Positions 1-12,430 of a stretch of DNA of 64,000 nt are shown one piece after another. Made by a program: the position numbers and the translations under genes. The DNA lies in NCBI RefSeq assembly GCF_009914755.1, contig NC_060941.1; one strand, given 5' to 3'. The stretch is from the human T2T-CHM13v2.0 reference genome, Homo sapiens. Each line of letters starts with the position of its first letter. Position 1 is the stretch's first letter. The notes beneath the pieces were generated by a model. It did no database searches. It was not told the origin of the DNA and saw only the letters and a list, made by a program, of their open reading frames with translations.

Positions 1-1954
1 CCATGCCAGCAAGAGCCAATGTGACCCCCTGCAGGTGATCCGACTCATACCACCTGCCACTGCTGGACTGCAACTGAGCAAAGATGGGACCCAAGGTTGC
101 CTCTGCCCCCAGGCCCCTCCATTTGGTGCCAAAGCACAGTGCCAGGAATTGCCAGCCAAAGCCCCAGAGGCGGAGCTCTCATCACTGCTCCAGATTATAC
201 TATATAAGAAGGAAACACAGAGGCTGCGAGGGGTAAACACACACACACACCCGAACTGGGCAGTAATGGGAAAGCTGAAAATAGCTCTTTTTACCACAAG
301 GGATGACTCTAGAGTTGCTCGGCTGGGACTAGCCTCACGGGGGGCAGGAAGTAGGAGCAAGGGGAAGAGAAGGAACCCACAGGGGCGACATCAGGGCCAA
401 AAGGAGTTCTGTTGAGGGTAGTAATCTGGATCAACCCAGAACAATCAGAAAAGGTCAATGGTGCATGAGTGACAGGCAGCCACAGACACTCAGACTCTCT
501 GAAAGACAGACTCTAGAACAAGTGAAAGCCTTCCAGCTGTCAGCCCCGAGAGCTCACAGTCCCACATCCTGCACACCTAGGTCTCTCCCCAAGGAGGGCA
601 GGAGTGCAGGACGTGACGTGCTCTGCAAATACCCAGAGCCAGGCAAACACGGTGTCAGCAGCAGACAGCTCAGAAGAGGCCTCTCAGATCCACCAGAACT
701 CAACGCCCCTCCCAGACAGAGCCCAACGCGTTTCTATTTTTGCTTTCAACCCTTGTTTGGCATCCCTGCTACCAGCTAACAGACGGTTACTTCCCCTCCT
801 TCCAGAAGAATGGGTCATCTGGGAAGAGGAACACCTCCTCTCTGGCCTCCCATGTCCCAGGTCTTCTAATAAACAGGCTGACCCTCCCAAAGAGAGATGA
901 GGCTCCCAACACCCCCAGGAACCTTCCCCTGGTAGGTGGTTCACTCCAAGCTGTCCTGCTCACCAGCCCTGGAGAAGAGCTTCTCCAGGACACCTAGAGA
1001 GAGCAGCTTCACAAAACCTGAGACTCCTGCTTTCCAGAGGCAGATGCAACCCCCCGCAGCCCCTTGCCAGCCCTGGCCACACGGACTACACCCCATGGAG
1101 CCCCAAATTCACTCACACTGTGCCAACTCCAGCCACAGACTGAACCCCAACATGCCACACTCTGCACCCCATCTCTAGCCTCAAATCAAGCACTGACAGT
1201 GACCACACAGGCTTCCAGCCTGGCCCAATCTGGGCTGTGGCCCCATGAACGTGTGAGCCTCACAAATCCAGCCCTAGGAGAGCCTGGAGGAAGCAGGTTG
1301 GCTGTGTGGGGCCCCAGTGCTGGGACCCAGCTCCCACCCCAGAGTCATGGACAGAGGAGGCTTCTGCCCCCTGTCTACCCTTGCCACACATGCACCCTGT
1401 GGGGGCTGGTGGCCACACAGCTGTGCAGGCCTCCACAGGCACACGTGGGACCCTGGAGGTGGCATTTACCTCCGGAGTGACTCACTAAGCCTCCTATTCC
1501 ATTTGCAAAAGGGGGTGCAATTTAGCATTTTCTTTCTCTTTAGAAAACAGGAATTTTAAAAGAGAGAGAGTGGAGAGAGATTTGAGGGAGTGGGTGGGGA
1601 GCTCAGATCTCATTTGATTTCCAAACTCATTTGTTATGCATTCTCTCCTCCCCCCTCCCACACCGAGCCCTTCCCCTGGGGACCCTGGCCACCCCCTTCC
1701 GGGCTCCTGGCTGCAGACCTGGTGATGGCCTGCCAGGAGGCACGTGCTCTCCACGTCCACGTCCTCAGCTCCCCATGGAATGACTGACCCTCAAGTCTGG
1801 GAGGATCAATGCAAGGTCAGAGTTGAGAGGGGGCAAGGCCTCTTCAGGACACAGTAAAACCCACAGCCAGGGAGGCTCTCTCCAAAAAGGAGAGAGCAGT
1901 GTTGGAGCTGGAAAGAGCCTGAAGCTCATCCTGACCCTCAAACTCTTCCCTTTC

Positions 1955-2210
1955 ACTTTTACAGATAAGGAAACTGAGGCCCAAAGAGGGCAGTTCAAGG
2001 TCAACCAGTGCCAAAGCCAGGGCTCTCCTTCGTTAGACAAGTTAGCTCCCAGGAATATTGACTCCAACAGTAGAAGAGACATAAGCTCTAATCCCAGCTT
2101 TGCCTCTAACTTTATGTGTGATTCTAGCCCTAGATATTTAACCCTACTGGGCCTCAGTGTCTCATTCATAAAATGGGAATAACATTGGCTCTACCTCAGA
2201 GATGCTGTTG
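1955..2210. mobile_element. MIR fragments
   Basis: ttttacagataaggaaactgaggc and ggcctcagtgtctcattcataaaatggg MIR core motifs. Confidence 0.65.
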
Positions 2211-2932
2211 AGCCATTGGACAGAAAAGCATGCTGAGAGCTGCTATAGGATCTGAGCCAAATGGGTCCCAGCATGCGAACTCCCGATCCTAGGATCTCAG
2301 AATTCCTGGAAGGCAGCTGGGTCCTACCAGGAAGTCCCCAGTCCCTAAAGCCTCCATGGTCTCTGAAAGTTCACACTCTGTCCTTGAAAGGGGAAAGGAT
2401 GCCGGATCTCAAAGAGGGACCCTTGACTGAAAGGGTCTGGTCTCTGTCTCCCAACCTGCTTAACAGGTAGAACAGGAGAACCAGGCCACCTCCAGCCATG
2501 AAGTCTCATAACATATGAAGATGTATGTGAGAAAACATCACAGCTTCTGGCCAATCTGACCCAGACATGGCCCAGGCAAGTGGCTGGGGCAGGGACACTG
2601 TCCAGCCATGTCCTCGTATTCTGTGTCCTGCCACACTGGACTTCCAAACACAGGTCAAGTCACAGAGGCCTCAAATGGGGGATAAGGGGTTCCAGGCCCA
2701 GGGTCACAGGCTTGAGGTGGAACCTCTCTGTTTGAGCTGCACCATCCTTGGCTCAAACAAGGACACCACAGCCAGAACTGAGCGGCAACAAACGTCTCAG
2801 GCTGGGACCTGCCAGGTCTGCTGCTGGGATAGGTGATTTCACAGAGGTCGGCGTATTTGCATAGGAACGTGAGGCCATCCAAGTTCCAGCACACCCCAGA
2901 CTGCGGGAAAGCTTTTGAAAAGCCTGGAGTCT

Positions 2933-3230
2933 GGCCAGGCACGGTGGCTCACACCTGTAATCCCAGCACTTTGGGAGGCCAAGGCAGGCGGATCACGAGG
3001 TCAGGAGATCGAGACCATCCTGGCTAACACGGTGAAACCCCGTGTCTACTAAAAATACAAAAAATTAGCCGGGCATGGTGGCAGTCACCTGTAGTCCCAG
3101 CTACTCAGGAGGCTGAGGCGGGAGAATGGCGTGAACCCGGGAGGTGGAGCTTGCCGTGAGCTGAGCTGAGATCGCGCCACTGCACTCCAGCTTCGGCGAC
3201 AGAGCGAGACTCCATCTCAAAAAAAAAAAA
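2933..3230 (+). mobile_element. AluY
   Basis: Full dimer with AluY-type diagnostics, poly(A) tail and a perfect 16-bp TSD gaaaagcctggagtct. Confidence 0.93.
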
Positions 3231-3448
3231 GAAAAGCCTGGAGTCTGGACACTGGTGTCTGATTTGACCATATTTGACCATAACCTTCCCATTGGGGACC
3301 AAAGAAAGTGAGTTTACCATCTCCTTGCAGGATGCAATGCCCGTCCCAAGATACACAGTAGAGTAATCGGTGCCCTAGGGCTGGGAGTTTCTCAGAGTCA
3401 TGCCTCAAATCCTCTGGCACCTCCCCAAAGATTTAAGAATCCCAGCGT

Positions 3449-3592
3449 TGTCCAGGTATGATGGCTCATGCCTGTAATTCCAGCACTTTGGGAAGCCAAA
3501 GCAGGAAGGATTACTTGAGGCCCAGAGTTTGAGACCAGCCTGGGCAACGTAATGAGACCCCCATCTCTATGAAAAAAAAAGTATTAAAAAAA
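3449..3592 (+). mobile_element. Alu left monomer (FLAM-like)
   Basis: Single diverged left arm followed by an A-rich tail. Confidence 0.8.
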
Positions 3593-4614
3593 ATTTTTTT
3601 TTTTAAATCTGCGCTAGTTCCCTTTCCAAGCTTCCAGATGTTTCCTCCTCTGAGTGATCCAGCCACTAGTCACTGCCCCTGGGAGCCACAGAGTAAGGGG
3701 CCCAGGAGAAGTCTCGCTTTGGGAGGATGTGAGAGCACACGCCCCACTCCAGGAGGACCCCAAAGGAGGCTGACTCAGCAGAGCAAGGTCCAAACTCTGG
3801 AAACCCAGGCTCTGCCGTCACCTTCTTCTGTGACGTTGGCCAAATACCTACCTCTCACGGGCCCTCAGCGACCCATTGTTAACGAGGACTTGGAACATGA
3901 GTATCGAAATGTTCCCTCCCATCCTAACACCGTAGGATCAGTACTTTACTGACTCAAATTACTAGGTTTGCCACATGGAAGCCTGCCAGCTACACCCCTC
4001 AGAGCAGAGGCTAACACCTGAGAGGAGAATAAACTGGTTCCTCCAGCCTGGGAGGCCCAACCCTGTGGCCTCGGCTCTGTCTCTGCAGATATTCCTGCCC
4101 CAGCCTGAGAGGTGCCAAGACCCTCTAGGCTGTTCACTCTGCTCCTGCCTAACCTGGGGACCTGGCCCCCACCCCCTACCCTCATTCTCTCAGTGGGAGA
4201 GAGGGGCAGCCTGTTGGGGTGCAGAGGGAGGGGCACAGGGAGGTAGACAGGAAGGGAGGGGCAGTGTGGCTGGCAGGAGTCAGAATCAACCCTTCCCAAC
4301 AAAGGCAGCTCCACCAGGCTGGCCTCTCTCCAGCTTCCCAGGAGCCCTGGCGTCCCAGCCAGAGGGATCTGTCGAAACACAGTGCCAAGTCTTACCCCGG
4401 CACTCCTGTCTTCATGCTCTTTGGAGTTCCTTTTAGCCCTCTGCATTCTTCCGCTCCAGCCAGGTTTCTTTACTTTTGGGCACTTCCTACCCACCTTCCA
4501 CCCCTACCCATAGCAGTCCTCCCACACTTACACATGTGCCTCTTCCTTTCCATCCTCCTAGCCTTTGTTCAAGCCACTACCCCCACCTGGAAGCCGGCCC
4601 CTGGCCACCTTTCT

Positions 4615-4926
4615 TTTTCTTTTTTTTTTTTTTTTTTTTTTGAGACGGAGTCTCGCTCTGTAGCCCAGGCTGGAGTGCAACGGCACGATCTCGGCTCACT
4701 GCAAGCTCTGACTCCTGGGTTCATGCCATTCTCTCGCCTCAGCCTCTCAAGAAGCTGGGACTACAGGCGCCCACCATCACGCCTGGCTAATTTTGTTTTT
4801 GTATTTTTAGTAGAGACGGGGTTTCACCGTGTTAGCCAGGATGGTCTCGATCTCCTGACCTCGTGATCTGCCCGCCTCGGCGTCCCAAAGTGCTGGGATT
4901 ACAGGCACGAACCACCGCACCGAGCC
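4615..4926 (-). mobile_element. AluY
   Basis: Poly(T) then antisense AluY; TSD cctggccacctttct. Confidence 0.93.
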
Positions 4927-5339
4927 CCTGGCCACCTTTCTATACAAACTGTGCCAGCCTTTAGGGCCCATCTCCCAGAGAAACCCAGCCTTCACTGTCT
5001 GTCTCAAGCCACTCACTGGCCTCTCTGCTCCGTGGGGAGCTCTGTACTGTAAATTGTCCCTCCTACTCAGAGCTTCTGAATCCTCCCCACCCCTGCCCCC
5101 ACCTCCCTGTTGCTGGTTAGACTGGGGCCACCATAAATGATGCCTGTCTGTGTAACTGAAATCTCCCCTAGAGATTGAGAACTGGTAATAACCCATCTGG
5201 ATTCACCTTCTGAAGATCTATCTCATCCTCTCTGGGCCCCGATAACAATTTCTCTTGTACCTGGATTCTCCTGGCAGTGTAAGAGTCCTTTCACTGCCTC
5301 CTTTTAGCTCTTGTCCGACACAAGCCATGCCACAAATCT

Positions 5340-5445
5340 GGCACAGCCATGACCTGCTGCTCAGGCTGTGCACTGCACAACTCCAGGGGTATTATTCACT
5401 AGACCACACGTGATGACCTAAAGTCAGGTACCATGGCAGCCCTGG
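5340..5445. mobile_element. Short hAT DNA transposon fossil (MER91-like)
   Basis: Motifs ggctgtgcactgcacaact and catggcagccctg recalled from MER91. Confidence 0.45.
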
Positions 5446-5892
5446 GGCCCAAAGCTCTGCCTTTTCTTTCCGTGGGTGATCTACTGGCCAGATTTTAAAG
5501 GGAACATCTCACAGGTCATGGTGCAGACCCCTCATTCACAGGCCGGGTGCCACAGCCTCCACTCCTGGCCTTCAGCAGCCCTTTGTTCCTGTGTCACCCC
5601 CCGCCACCCCACCCCGCCAGAGTGAAGGCCTGATCATTCCTGCCCATCAGTCTGCCCATCCGAGGCAGGTGGTACTGAACAGCCACCCCGCTCTCTATGT
5701 TCTCCTTGGGCCTCAGTTTCCCCAGCTGTGAAGAAAGAGATGGGTTCCTGATCTCCAAGGGCTCCCTCTGTTCTGAAGCTCACCAATCTATTCTTCACAG
5801 ATGTTGCCAATGAGGAATATGTGATTCTCATACACACATTACTGTGTGTTGTTTTTGATTCAGTAGGCTTATGAGCATCAAGAAGAGAAGGG

Positions 5893-6193
5893 AGACCAGG
5901 CGCAGTGCCTCACACCTGTAATCCCATCACTTTGGGAGGCTGAGGCAGGCAGATCATTTGAGGTCAGGAGTTCAAAACCAGCCTGGCCAACATGATGAAA
6001 CCTTCGTCTCTACTAAAAATACAAAAATTAGCTGGATGTGGTGGTATGTATCTGTAGTCCCAGTTACTTGGGAGGCTGAGGCAGGAGAATCGCCTCAGCC
6101 CGGGAGGCGGAGGTTGCAGTGAGCCGAGATCAAGCCATGCCCTCCAGCCTGGGAGACAGACCGAGACTCCATCTCAAAAAAAAAAAAAAAAAA
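5893..6193 (+). mobile_element. AluS
   Basis: Full dimer, poly(A), degenerate TSD. Confidence 0.92.
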
Positions 6194-7669
6194 AGGAGAG
6201 AAGGGACATTTACAAAATGCAGAGGAGCCTGGGAGAGCTGAGCTGAGAAGGGAGAGGTAACCAGACTCCTTGGGATGACTGCTGAGTGTGGGGGGCAGGA
6301 GCCCAGGCACTGGATCTACAGACACGGGGAATCTGTGTTGCCTCGAGGGAAAGGGCCAAGCGTGAAATTGCAGCAGAAAAAAACCAAAATGTTAGAACAG
6401 CACAAGGCATTGATGCTCAGAGCAGGGCAGTTTTTCCACCTGTCACTGGAACAAATTCCCACAGACTCTCAGCCCAGGGACCAAAGGACCCACAGGCTAA
6501 GGCAGAGGGACTGAGACTGGCACCCCCATTTGGTAAGGGGGTGACCTATCAGGGCAGTGACAGAGAGAGTCCTTCGAGTCCAATAGACCTGGCTGTGAGT
6601 CCAGGCTCTGCCCAGACCCTCTAAGCCACCTTGAGGCTGCTATTTCTCTGAGTATCTGTTTCTAGATGTTTTAAAAGTGGGAGAGTCGCATTTCCTCCCT
6701 CCCAGGATCACGGTACAGTAAAGAGCTTAGCACTCTGCCTAATACATAGAACAAGCAGCAAATGTTCACTGCCGTTGCGATGACAGTGCCCTGGCAGGTG
6801 ACCTGTGCTCAAGGCGTCCCAGTGCACACACACACTCACACGCACACAGGGTAGGGCAGCAGATGGGACACACGCCCTGCCACAGGCCATTTTAAGGAGT
6901 CGGGGTGGGTGAGGACCCAGGCACGGTGGAGGAAAGAGGGAGGCAAGAAGCCTTTTTCAGCTTCCTTGGTGTCATCTCACAGTGCCTCCCTCAGGAGGGG
7001 AAAAGGGAGGGGAGTGAGAAGGCTGTTTAGCTGTGTTCCATACTGGCTGTGCCTCACACAACCGGCCCCACCCCGACAGGACTCCTTGGGGACAGAACGG
7101 GAGTGCATTCTCAGGCACCTAAATCTTACAGGCTCAGTGCCTGCACAGGGAGACGGGTCCGCAGCCCAGGGTCCCGGGCAGCTTTCGGGCTTGGGGGTGG
7201 ATTGACACACAGCCCGATGGTATTCACACCCATTCCTTCACTGTCGCGCCCGGTCCTGGGGGACGGCATGGCACCAGCCAACGTCACGGGTTGGGTGTGA
7301 GTTCATGGTAGATTCTCACACGCCAGCCTCACAAGAGGCACTGCCGAGACCAGGCTTGCTGCCGCCTACTGTATGGCCGGCCCTGTGGGCACAGCTGTCC
7401 TCCACCCGCCTCCCAAGGCACCATCGGGCCCAGAATGTGCCCGATGAGTCACGGGCCTGGGTCTCCCCAGCATGGGCGCAGCAGGGGGGCTGAGTCCGCC
7501 TGAGCCCCGGTGCCCAGCTCAGGGTCTGGCACTGAGCAGATGCTAGTGAATGAACGTCGGGCTGGATGAATGAACGAATGACTAATGCCCGCTCCCTCAA
7601 ACCACAGGCTACATCGTCTGAGCCTGGGGGAGGGCAGAGCCCACGGGACCCCAGAAGAGGCCTCCGCAG

Positions 7670-8830
7670 CTGAGGCTTTGCGTCCCAGGGTCGATGGGGG
7701 AGGGGGCGGGGCGGCCAGCAGCCGGCGCGGCACGGGGCTCCCCTCCTTCCCGAGAAGGAATCTGGGTCTCTGGACTGAGCTGGTGACGGGGGCTGGGGCG
7801 GGGGGTTGTGGCGTCCTGGATGGAGAGAGCTGCAGGAGCAGGGGGCGCGTCCCGGTTTGCGTTGGGGTGTGGGACGAAGCGGCGGCCGCGGGACATCCCC
7901 TTCGGTGGCGAAGCCCGGGTCTGCCCGGGGCCTCCGCGGGGTGCAGAGGGCTCCCAACGGCGGGACTGGCCCGGGGCGCCGCAGACCTGGCCCTTTCCGG
8001 CGGGGCCGTGGAGAAGGGGACGCGGTGTCCCCCGAGGTGACCGGGGGCGCAGGAAGGACGGGGGGCGCGCGGAGCCCCCTCTCCACGCGCGGGAGGTCCA
8101 GCCCCGCTACCGCCCCCTACGCCCTCCCGGGACCTCCGCCCACCTGCGCGAGGGGTTCACCTGGGCCGGCGGCCCCTCCTCTAGACGCGCGAGTCCCTCC
8201 CCCGGGCCCCGGCCCTGCCCTCCCCGCGCCCGCCCTCACCTGCACGGCCCGCCTTGGCCATGTCCCGGGCGGCGGGCTCCGGCGGCGCTACGCGCGCTCC
8301 TCGCGCTTCCCGGGCCCGGCCCCGACCGCCTCCGGCCCCGAACGGACTCCGAGCGCCGCGCCCGCGCCCCCGCCCCGCTCGCCTCGGCTGCCGCCACCGC
8401 AGCCGCCGCCGCCTCGCCGCTCCCTCCCGCTCCCTTAAAGGCGCCGAGCGGCGGCCGCGCCCCCCCCCCACCCCACCCCCCGCGCCGCCGGGGAGGGACT
8501 GACGAAGGAAGGCGCCCAACGCCGCCCCCGCGGGCCCGCACCCCCGCCCCGGGCCGTGGCCGCCGCGCTCCAGCCCGCTCCGCTCCGGCCCGCGCGGCCA
8601 CCGCAGCGCGCGAGGGGCGGCAGCCCAGGGGCTCAGAGACGCGGAGACAGCCCGAGACACTGCGGGCCAGAGACGGGGCCCTGGACTGGGAGAGGGGCGC
8701 ACAGACTATTAGACAGCGCTGGAGAGAGACGCTCCTAGGGCCAGAACGCCGAGGTGGAGGGAGAGAGAGAGAAATTCAGAGGAGACCAGAGACCCAGAGC
8801 CCGGCTCCGGCTCCGGGAGAGACGGACAGA
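7670..8830. promoter_or_regulatory. CpG island / PITPNM3 promoter
   Basis: Very GC-rich with dense CpGs, many GC boxes, a short GCC run in the 5' UTR and a TATA-like TTTAAG on the minus strand at ~8434-8439. Confidence 0.9.
8240..8261 (-). CDS. PITPNM3: PITPNM3 exon 1 coding part (M-A-K-A-G-R-A-G, phase 1)
   Basis: Minus strand reads gggacATGGCCAAGGCGGGCCGTGCAG|GTGAGG: strong Kozak context (G at -3 and +4) followed by a consensus splice donor. Confidence 0.93.
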
Positions 8831-11800
8831 GGGAGCGGAGAGAGGAAGGAGGACAGGGATCCAAGGGAGGCCCCCACGAAGTCAAGAGGAAAGTCGCTCT
8901 GGGATCAGAGACAAGAGAGGGACCCCCTCCATCAGCCCCCGCTCCAGGGGTTCTGGATCATTTATGGCGTCTGACCTAACCTCAAAAGAGAAAGGATTCC
9001 CGTGATTTTAACCCTCAAGGGATAAGTAAAACACTTGCACATCCACCTGGGGTTCTAGGCTGGAGCAGGCTTTGTGGACCCCAGCGGCCTGGTGGTGAGC
9101 AGTACCCGCCTTCCACTTCCTAAATCGGGATGCAGAGATTCTAGTGGACAGGCCTTGTGGTCCGGGGAGATATGGGTTATGACTTCTGTTTAGGGGCAGC
9201 AGGGATCCACAGTCCAGCCCCAAAAGAGAGCAGGAGATGGCCAATTGTATTTGGCGGTGCCTGAGAGGTAACAACCCTCCACTGAGAGGGTGCCCTGCCT
9301 CCCCCAGGAATTGGTAAGGCTGAAGCCCAGTTACCATCTGTAGAGCCAGGCACCCAACCCACCCTGTCCCACTCCACTTAACAGGGAAAAGGTCAACTGG
9401 AGAATTCCATCCATGGTCCAGGCTCCAGGGTCCTGCAAGCTCCTCTATGGAAACAGGGCACACATGGGGTTAGATGGGGGCTCTCAGTCCAGTGCCTTCT
9501 CTGGGGCTTTGACTCCATTCACAAGATTCCTGCTAAGCAGTCCTCCAGCTCCTGGTTGGTTACCTCCAAGGACAGGAAGCTCAGTATCTTAAGTGAGAGT
9601 TCTTCCTTTTATTAATTTTTTTTTTTTGGCTAGTGCTGGCCTTAAGAATGTTCTTACTCGTTTGAGCTGAAATCTACAACCCGCATGTCCCATCCATGAG
9701 TTCTGCTCTGCCTTCCGACACCTCACCCAACAAAACCAGGGCTTCCCAAGGCCTTCTACCCAAACTCCCTAGTATGGATTCACCCAGGGAGAACAACCAT
9801 CCACGTTTGCCAGAGCTCACCTCCCAGGAAACCCATGAGTCCCAAGAGCTCTGGATCCCAGAGCCAGATGACAGCACCAACTCCAACAGATGTAGAATTT
9901 CAGAAGCTCTGGGCTCCTGAATCCAACGCTGTTCACCAGCACCTGCCATTGGTCACCAGCTGGGAGAGCAGGAATGGACCCTGCAGCCTTTCCCCACTAT
10001 GAGAATGGGACTGGGGATGAGAATAACAAGGACTATTGATTGAACAGGCGGTATTTACCCTCATGTACTCTCTCAGCTACATTGCGTTATCCTCAGCATA
10101 CACATAAGGAAGTGGGGGCTAAGAAAGTTCGGTGCTTGTGGTCATGGAGGATCAATTTCAGGCCCCTGTGCTTTGTCTACTGGGCCTCACTGGCCTCACC
10201 CTTCCCTGAGGTGTTTCAGAGGCCTGATAGCCTGGACAATGTCCAGGCTTGGCCACCTGGTCTGTAGGTGTGAGTGGTCACGCAGGAGACAGAACGCTGG
10301 CTGCAGGAGAAGCAATGCGCCTGCCACAGAGGGGACACGCCTGGGCCTGAGCTCCTCCCCAGCCCTGGCTCACAGTAGCAGCAGTGACCAGAGGGCATCA
10401 AGGGCCCTCCTGCTTCTGGGCACAGCTTCACGTTGTGTTTGTGTGTGTGCCTGGGTATGTGTGCATGGGGTGTATGTGTGTGTGCTTGTGTGTGCTTAGG
10501 GATGCATGCATGGGTGTGTGTAGGCACACTCGTACACACAAACACAGGCAAACACCTGCTGACAGATGCTCCCTGGGTGGGCACCCAGACCCCTTCCCCT
10601 CCCACCACTTAGTCCTCACAAACCCTAAACTAGTCACCCAGAAGGGCCTGGGTGGAGCGGTTAAGGGGAGGTGCCAAGTTGATGGGAGTTTCAGAACTCA
10701 TCTCTCCAGACCACTCCACACCCCATTTCTCAGATGGGAAGACAGTAAGCCAGATCTGTCCCCTGAAAACCACGACTCAGAGGCCCAGATCCATGGTTCC
10801 CCTCTTTAAACCTTCACCCCAGCCTCTGTCCGCCCCTAAGGCAGCCCCTGAAGGCACTGACTGTTACCAGCTGCCAAGGAAGTTCCAGCCCAGCCTTCTG
10901 ACAGAGCAAACACATCAAAACTCAAGGCCATTAGATTAACTGGTGGGAGTTAACTTCCTGCGTCAGAAGAATTGTCCTTAATTGAAGAAAGGGATAACTA
11001 GCAATTTAGCCACGCTGACCTCTGCTGCCCGGAGGAAAGAGAGGCAGGAGCCAGCCAGGGCCTACGGGGCCTCCCAGTTACCAGAGTTACTGTGCCAGTA
11101 ACTCTCCCAGTTACCAGAGTTACTGTGCCAGGAGACCAGATCAAATCCCTTCTCTGAGACCTGGCACCCAGGCCCTTTCCTCTGACCACAGCTTGTTCTG
11201 CTCCTGCCTTCACAGTGGCCAGCTGCTCCCAGGCCCAGGCAAGCATCTAGCCCAGAGAACCAGTAAAAATGAGCAGGGGCCCATCCTGTCAATGGCTGTG
11301 GAGGACGTGTGCAGAGATGTGGACAGGTTGGAGAGCTCCAGGTGGGTAAGGAGTGGGAGCTGGCTGCAAGACAACTCCTCGACATGGCAGACCCCAGGCC
11401 TGGCTATCCAGCCTGGACAGCTGGTGTGAGCACTTGGAAAGCTAAGTGACAGTTCCTAGGAGCCAACATGGCCCCCCTGAAAGCTAGTCATGCCAGGCAA
11501 AGCTCATTTCCTATTTGGACACGGTTATAACGACTAGTGGAGTTGGGCATCGCCTTGCCTTCTGGGCCTGGGTTGGGGCACGGCTGCTGCCCAGCTCTCT
11601 GACGGTAACTTTGTAAACAACAAAGGGAGTCAGGAGCAAGAAGATAGCCTGGTCAAGTGGCTTACCCCGGTCCACTCCCTGATGGGCTCCAGTGGAGGGA
11701 GCCTCCACCTCCCTCCAGGACTTGAGCCATGTCAAGCATCTCAGCGCAAGTGCTCACAACAGAGAATAAGCTGTGTAAGAAGGACGCTGCTCATGCAGAC

Positions 11801-12350
11801 TGGACAGATGCACGGCTGTTCACCATGGCCTTGACAAGCTGGGACCACGGGCCAAACCCAATCACCATGGCCTTGACAAACTGGAACCATGGGCCAAAGC
11901 CAAGAGGATGACATGAACATGGACAAGCAAGTGGGGCCATCCTCCCAGGCCAAACACAAACATCCAGCTAGGAGTGTTCACTCCCACTTGTAAATTTCCA
12001 CAGCCCCTTTTGTCCTTGAGTCTCACTCCCTGGCCAATATCACATCACTATGTCTCACCTGGACCACTGGAAGCACCCCTTCCTGATGTATTTCCCAGCC
12101 TATGTACCCTTCTTCACCCCCTCCTTTCTGGTTCCTATGCTTTAAAGTGTCATGGTTGCTGTCCACTGCCATGGGAACCACCCCTAATCATAAAAGTAGT
12201 CCCAGACACAGTTGCTCTTCCTTGGAGTCTTACAGAATTGCTCTGAGAGTAGCTGGTTTCTTGTCACCGTCTCCTCCTTGCCCCAGGATGCCCCCAATTC
12301 CACCCAGCATCCAGAACACTGAGTGGAACATGCCCTTCCATCCAGAACTA

Positions 12351-12395
12351 CTCTTCTCCTCGTCCTCCTCCTCCTCTTCCTTCTCCTCCTCTTCC

Positions 12396-12430
<35 letters not shown>

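Larger units (their letters stand above)
1..8410 (-). other. PITPNM3: PITPNM3 5' end (exon 1 plus proximal part of the long intron 1; gene continues beyond position 1)
   Basis: First coding segment MAKAGRAG matches the PITPNM3 N-terminus as I recall it; it sits in a CpG island next to the 3' end of KIAA0753, the known neighbour. TSS is approximate. Confidence 0.9.

Noticed and set aside
4219-4866. 215-aa ORF and many similar Alu-containing ORFs
   Set aside because: C-termini are standard antisense-Alu translations ([11 protein letters not shown]...).
7316-8974. Overlapping 150-388 aa ORFs on both strands
   Set aside because: Stop-poor CpG-island sequence; only the 22-nt PITPNM3 segment has Kozak and donor support.
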